Assembly: GCA_009602735.1 (NCBI GenBank)
Contig: WELA01003365.1
Span: 268,954 to 332,953 of the forward strand
Origin: Mesotaenium endlicherianum
Taxonomy: Eukaryota
DNA length: 64,000 nt
Direction of reading: 5' to 3'
In this document: piece by piece, positions 60,607-64,000 of the stretch
How positions within the stretch are numbered: the stretch's first letter is position 1
How the letters are laid out: each line of letters starts with the position of its first letter
Translations under genes and position numbers: made by a program
The notes under the pieces: model-generated
Seen by the model: only the letters and a program-made list of their open reading frames with translations
Databases searched by the model: none
What the model was told of the DNA's origin: nothing

Positions 60607-63600
60607 CTAGAACCAGGGATGCCACGTGGGATCCATCAAGCACAGGTTCCTCGGCCGCAGGGCCGCCTCCACGAGCTCGATCACGCCCTTCTGCACTGAC
60701 ACCGGCACAGGCGGCGCTCCGTTTCCCTCTCCTCCATCGTCCTGCCAGAAAACAAACGGCTTACTGTGTCAACTTACGTTGTAGCCAGCCGGCTGTCACA
60801 GCCTTCAGAGGGCTGGCACGCCGTTTGCACTTGAAGCAGTGAGCCTCCCGATGTTACGTCAACTGTCACTTCAAGGCATCATCTACTATCCATATCCGAT
60901 AGAGCTACAAACATTTTACACAAGCATTGAATTTTGTTATCTCAAAGCAGAAGAAAGGTTCATGAAGCCACTCGCTGCGAGCTGCAGCAGGGAGGTGGCC
61001 AGGGAGGAGAGGGCGAGGGAGGAGCACCTCTGGCACGTAGGACTGCGGCGCAATCCGATTGAGGCGCTCCATCACGCCGTCAATGTTGGCCGAAACTTTC
61101 TGCTTCAGCTCCGCCGTCGAAAGGCCCCCTCCCCCGCCCATGGGCTGCTGGCCCGCAGGCCGACGCCACGACCAGGAGATGAGGTCGTCGCGGAAGAACA
61201 TCGCCAGCTGGTGCTGCACGTGCGCGCTCTGCACACCCACACCACACAACCACACACACACATATCAACGGGTGCGGCGTTACCTCATGCAAGCTGCTCG
61301 GGCCTCCTTGCCACTTGGCAGCCGGGCCAAACCGGGAACCAAAGCAAGTGCCGTGTTGCCATCGACCAGAGTCCCATGCCCTACGCCTATACACGTCCTG
61401 GCACCTGATCCCAGGGGCCAGGGAGCTTACGGGCCACCACCGCACTAAGGGCCACCAATCAAAGGGAGAATGGGAGGACAAGCCACACACAGGCGCATCT
61501 ATGACGAGTGATCATATGTGAGAGCATCCTGCTTCTGGAGGTGGAGCTTGCAAACACAATTTCCGCAGGGAGGTAGCGGGGGCCTTAGTGGCACCTCTCG
61601 CACATGTCCCAAGACGAAACATCACGAAGCGCATTCCTTCAGCCAACAGCCCATAGCCTGCCTGCCCGCGCTGCATCCAGCGCGAGTGGCAGCAGCTACC
61701 ACCTCCGCCGGGACAGCCCCACCTCCTGCCTCCTACCCTCCTTGTTTGTACTATGGCAGGTGCAGCAACGGTACCAGCCAGAGCAGTGGCGGGAGCAGGA
61801 GCAATGGCAAACAGTGACACGGCCAAACAGGGCTTCAGTAAAACAGGGCGTGGGGCAGCGTGCTTGGCAGTACTGCCCCTGGCTGCTTGCGGGCAGCAGG
61901 AATGAGGAGCACAGAGCTGGCAGTGCATACTTTGGGGGCAACGATGGCTTGGGCCGACGCGCACATGGCAGCCACAAAGAGGCCGTCGGTGCCGAAGTGT
62001 GTGAGGAACGTCTGGATGTTGCGCGTCAGCCGGAAGGGCACGGGCTCCTGGCACTCCACGATCCCGTTGGCATCGTACGCTGCGCCGCCCACATCCCCAC
62101 CCCCACGGCAGAGCCGAGAAAGCACAGGAACGTTGAGCAAGAATCACAGACCAAAGAAAGAGAACACAAGTCTAAACGGGCCAAGACAAGAACAAGATAT
62201 GATTGAAAGTACATGAAGTGTACCCATATCAAGTCTATGATGAAGAACGCCCAACTACGCACGACATCAGCAGAGCCCAGTGGTCTCCAAGAGCGAGAGC
62301 GAGAGCGTGCAAAGGAGCACACCGCAGGCAGATGGCACTGGGCAGGCAGAAGGAGAACAAGAAGGAAGAGAACTGGGACAAGAAAATGTCTAGCTGACGG
62401 TAGAAGAGAGGGGACAAAAGACAGAGGAGAGAGTATGCAGCAGAGGGACACGCGCGGGGGGGAGAGAGGTGGTCAGCGAGGCAGGGAGGCCAACCAGGGA
62501 TGGGAGGGGAGGGGGGGGAGGCGTACTGGGGTGGAAGTCGGTCTGGAACACTTTGCCGGTGTTCTTTGCAAAGAGGATCTTGTTGGGCGAGCGGCCGCCG
62601 ATCTGCAGCAGGTATGACACGCAGCCCGAGAGCGCCAGCTGCGCCGCAAACTGCTTCTTGAACGTCCACAGGTGGTTGGACGTGGGCAGCGACTTGTACA
62701 TGAACTGCGACAGGATGTTCTCGCTCACCAGCTTCGCCGTCACCTCGCTGTACGTGGCCAGCCGCAGCTCCACCAGCGCCTCCCCCGACATCTGCTCCCC
62801 CTCCTCCGCCCCCCCCTCCCCCCACAGTCCCAATCACCCCGCAAGCCCAGCGGTTGCACCTTGTCAGCTGGCTACTCAGCGGTGCACTTGCTCATTGCTC
62901 CTTGTTGGACCGGAGGCGCCGAGTGGCAGAAGGCCCCAAGTGGTGCTGCGAGTGCGGCCAGCTGTTGCAACTGCAGCTCTGTGGCAGAAGCAACGGCAGT
63001 AGCGGCGGCAGCGGGGACAAGGCTTGGCACGGGAGGGTGAAGCAGGGCAGTGGTGATGCTGCTGCAAATGGAGAGCCTTCTTTGATACCCTCTGATGCCG
63101 CATCTAAACAGCTGCTCCTTCATAAGACACTGTCCGAGGCAGGCAGGCAGGCAGGCAGGGCAGGGCAGGGCAGGGCAGGGGAACGCACAGAGTTGGTGAT
63201 GGCGGAGTTGAGCTTCTCCTTGAAGTAGGCGATGGGGCCGTCCGCCTCGCGCCCGTAGCGCGCGCAGTTCACGTCGTACACCTCCGCCAGCGTGCTGTAC
63301 GTTGCCTCGTCCTCCACCAGCCTCACCTGCGCACGCACACGCCCAACCCATGCACAGGCGCACGCACACATCCCAACACCCCACTTATCAATGCAATGTT
63401 TGCCTCGTCCAACAGGTCGATGCTTCTTGCCAAATGCTGCAGGCACCAAGCAGGAAAGCCCGCACGCACGGCGCCTGCTGATACGGGTGCAGGGACGTGC
63501 ATGCGCATGTGTGACGGCACGTGCTGCGTCTTGCATGTGCGCTAGTGCATGTGCTTCTTACCCTAACCCATGCAGCATATGAAAATGCATCAAACAGCAC

Positions 63601-64000
63601 CTTTCATGACACGAGGGTCATAGAAGAGGAACATTGCGAGGCAGCATTCACACACCCACAGACACAACCAGGCACACATACAGAAACAGAGAGCGAGGAC
63701 AAGCAGAAGTGTCTCCCCTCGTCACTCCCCTCCCGTCTCCGCTTGGCCCCTTCAGTACCTGGGGCCAGACGGGGATGATGATGGGGGTGTGGAAGGCGAG
63801 GTTGCGGCGGCGCGACTCCTTGTGCTTGTCCAGCAGCCGGTTGATGACGCGGAACAGCTGCACCATGCGCTCGTCGCTGCGCGCGGACGGCGTCAGCGAC
63901 GTCTGCACCAGAAAGTGGCGGCTGGAGCCGTCGGAGCCCACCAGCGTGAGGCGCCGGTGGCTGCTGCCGTGGCGCCGCACGATGGGTACGTCCGCGCCGA
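60607..64000 (-). CDS. TRRAP: TRRAP/Tra1 PIKK pseudokinase, 3' exons (continues beyond the window)
   Basis: RRHGSSHRRLTLVGSDG, ARSDERMVQLFR, LWTFKKQFAAQLAL, EPVPFRLTRNIQTF, MFFRDDLISW, FATC end LCLMDPTWHPWF*. Confidence 0.96.

Noticed and set aside
60607..64000. Kinase-dead PIKK domain
   Set aside because: Expected; TRRAP is a known pseudokinase

Overview
Eukaryotic nuclear scaffold from a green plant. GC-rich spliced exons, microsatellite-rich introns and a land-plant-like plastid insert suggest a streptophyte alga (inference). It contains: (1) 1-10.6 kb: a decayed Ty3/gypsy chromovirus on the minus strand with LTR, PBS, gag, a probable -1 frameshift, PR-RT-RH-IN-chromodomain and an unusual accessory ORF in the env position, fused tail-to-tail with a second copy to give a >=1.4 kb inverted repeat. 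(2) Housekeeping genes: TM9SF, ARL2, an AT2G36895-like gene, LEA_3, a SelS-like gene, a HESO1-like TUTase and the 3' end of TRRAP. (3) A repeat-rich, TE-like block at 21-29.4 kb carrying an orphan zinc-ribbon pseudo-ORF. (4) An intron-containing gene with the bacterial APH-kinase + peptidase M23 + class-III aminotransferase architecture, in which all three catalytic sites are substituted. (5) A ~4.5-5 kb plastid DNA block (rpoB', trnC, petN, trnT, psbD, psbC'). (6) An intronless, frameshifted fascin-like beta-trefoil gene that looks foreign. Single-n joins mark several assembly artefacts. All family assignments come from motif recognition, not database searches.
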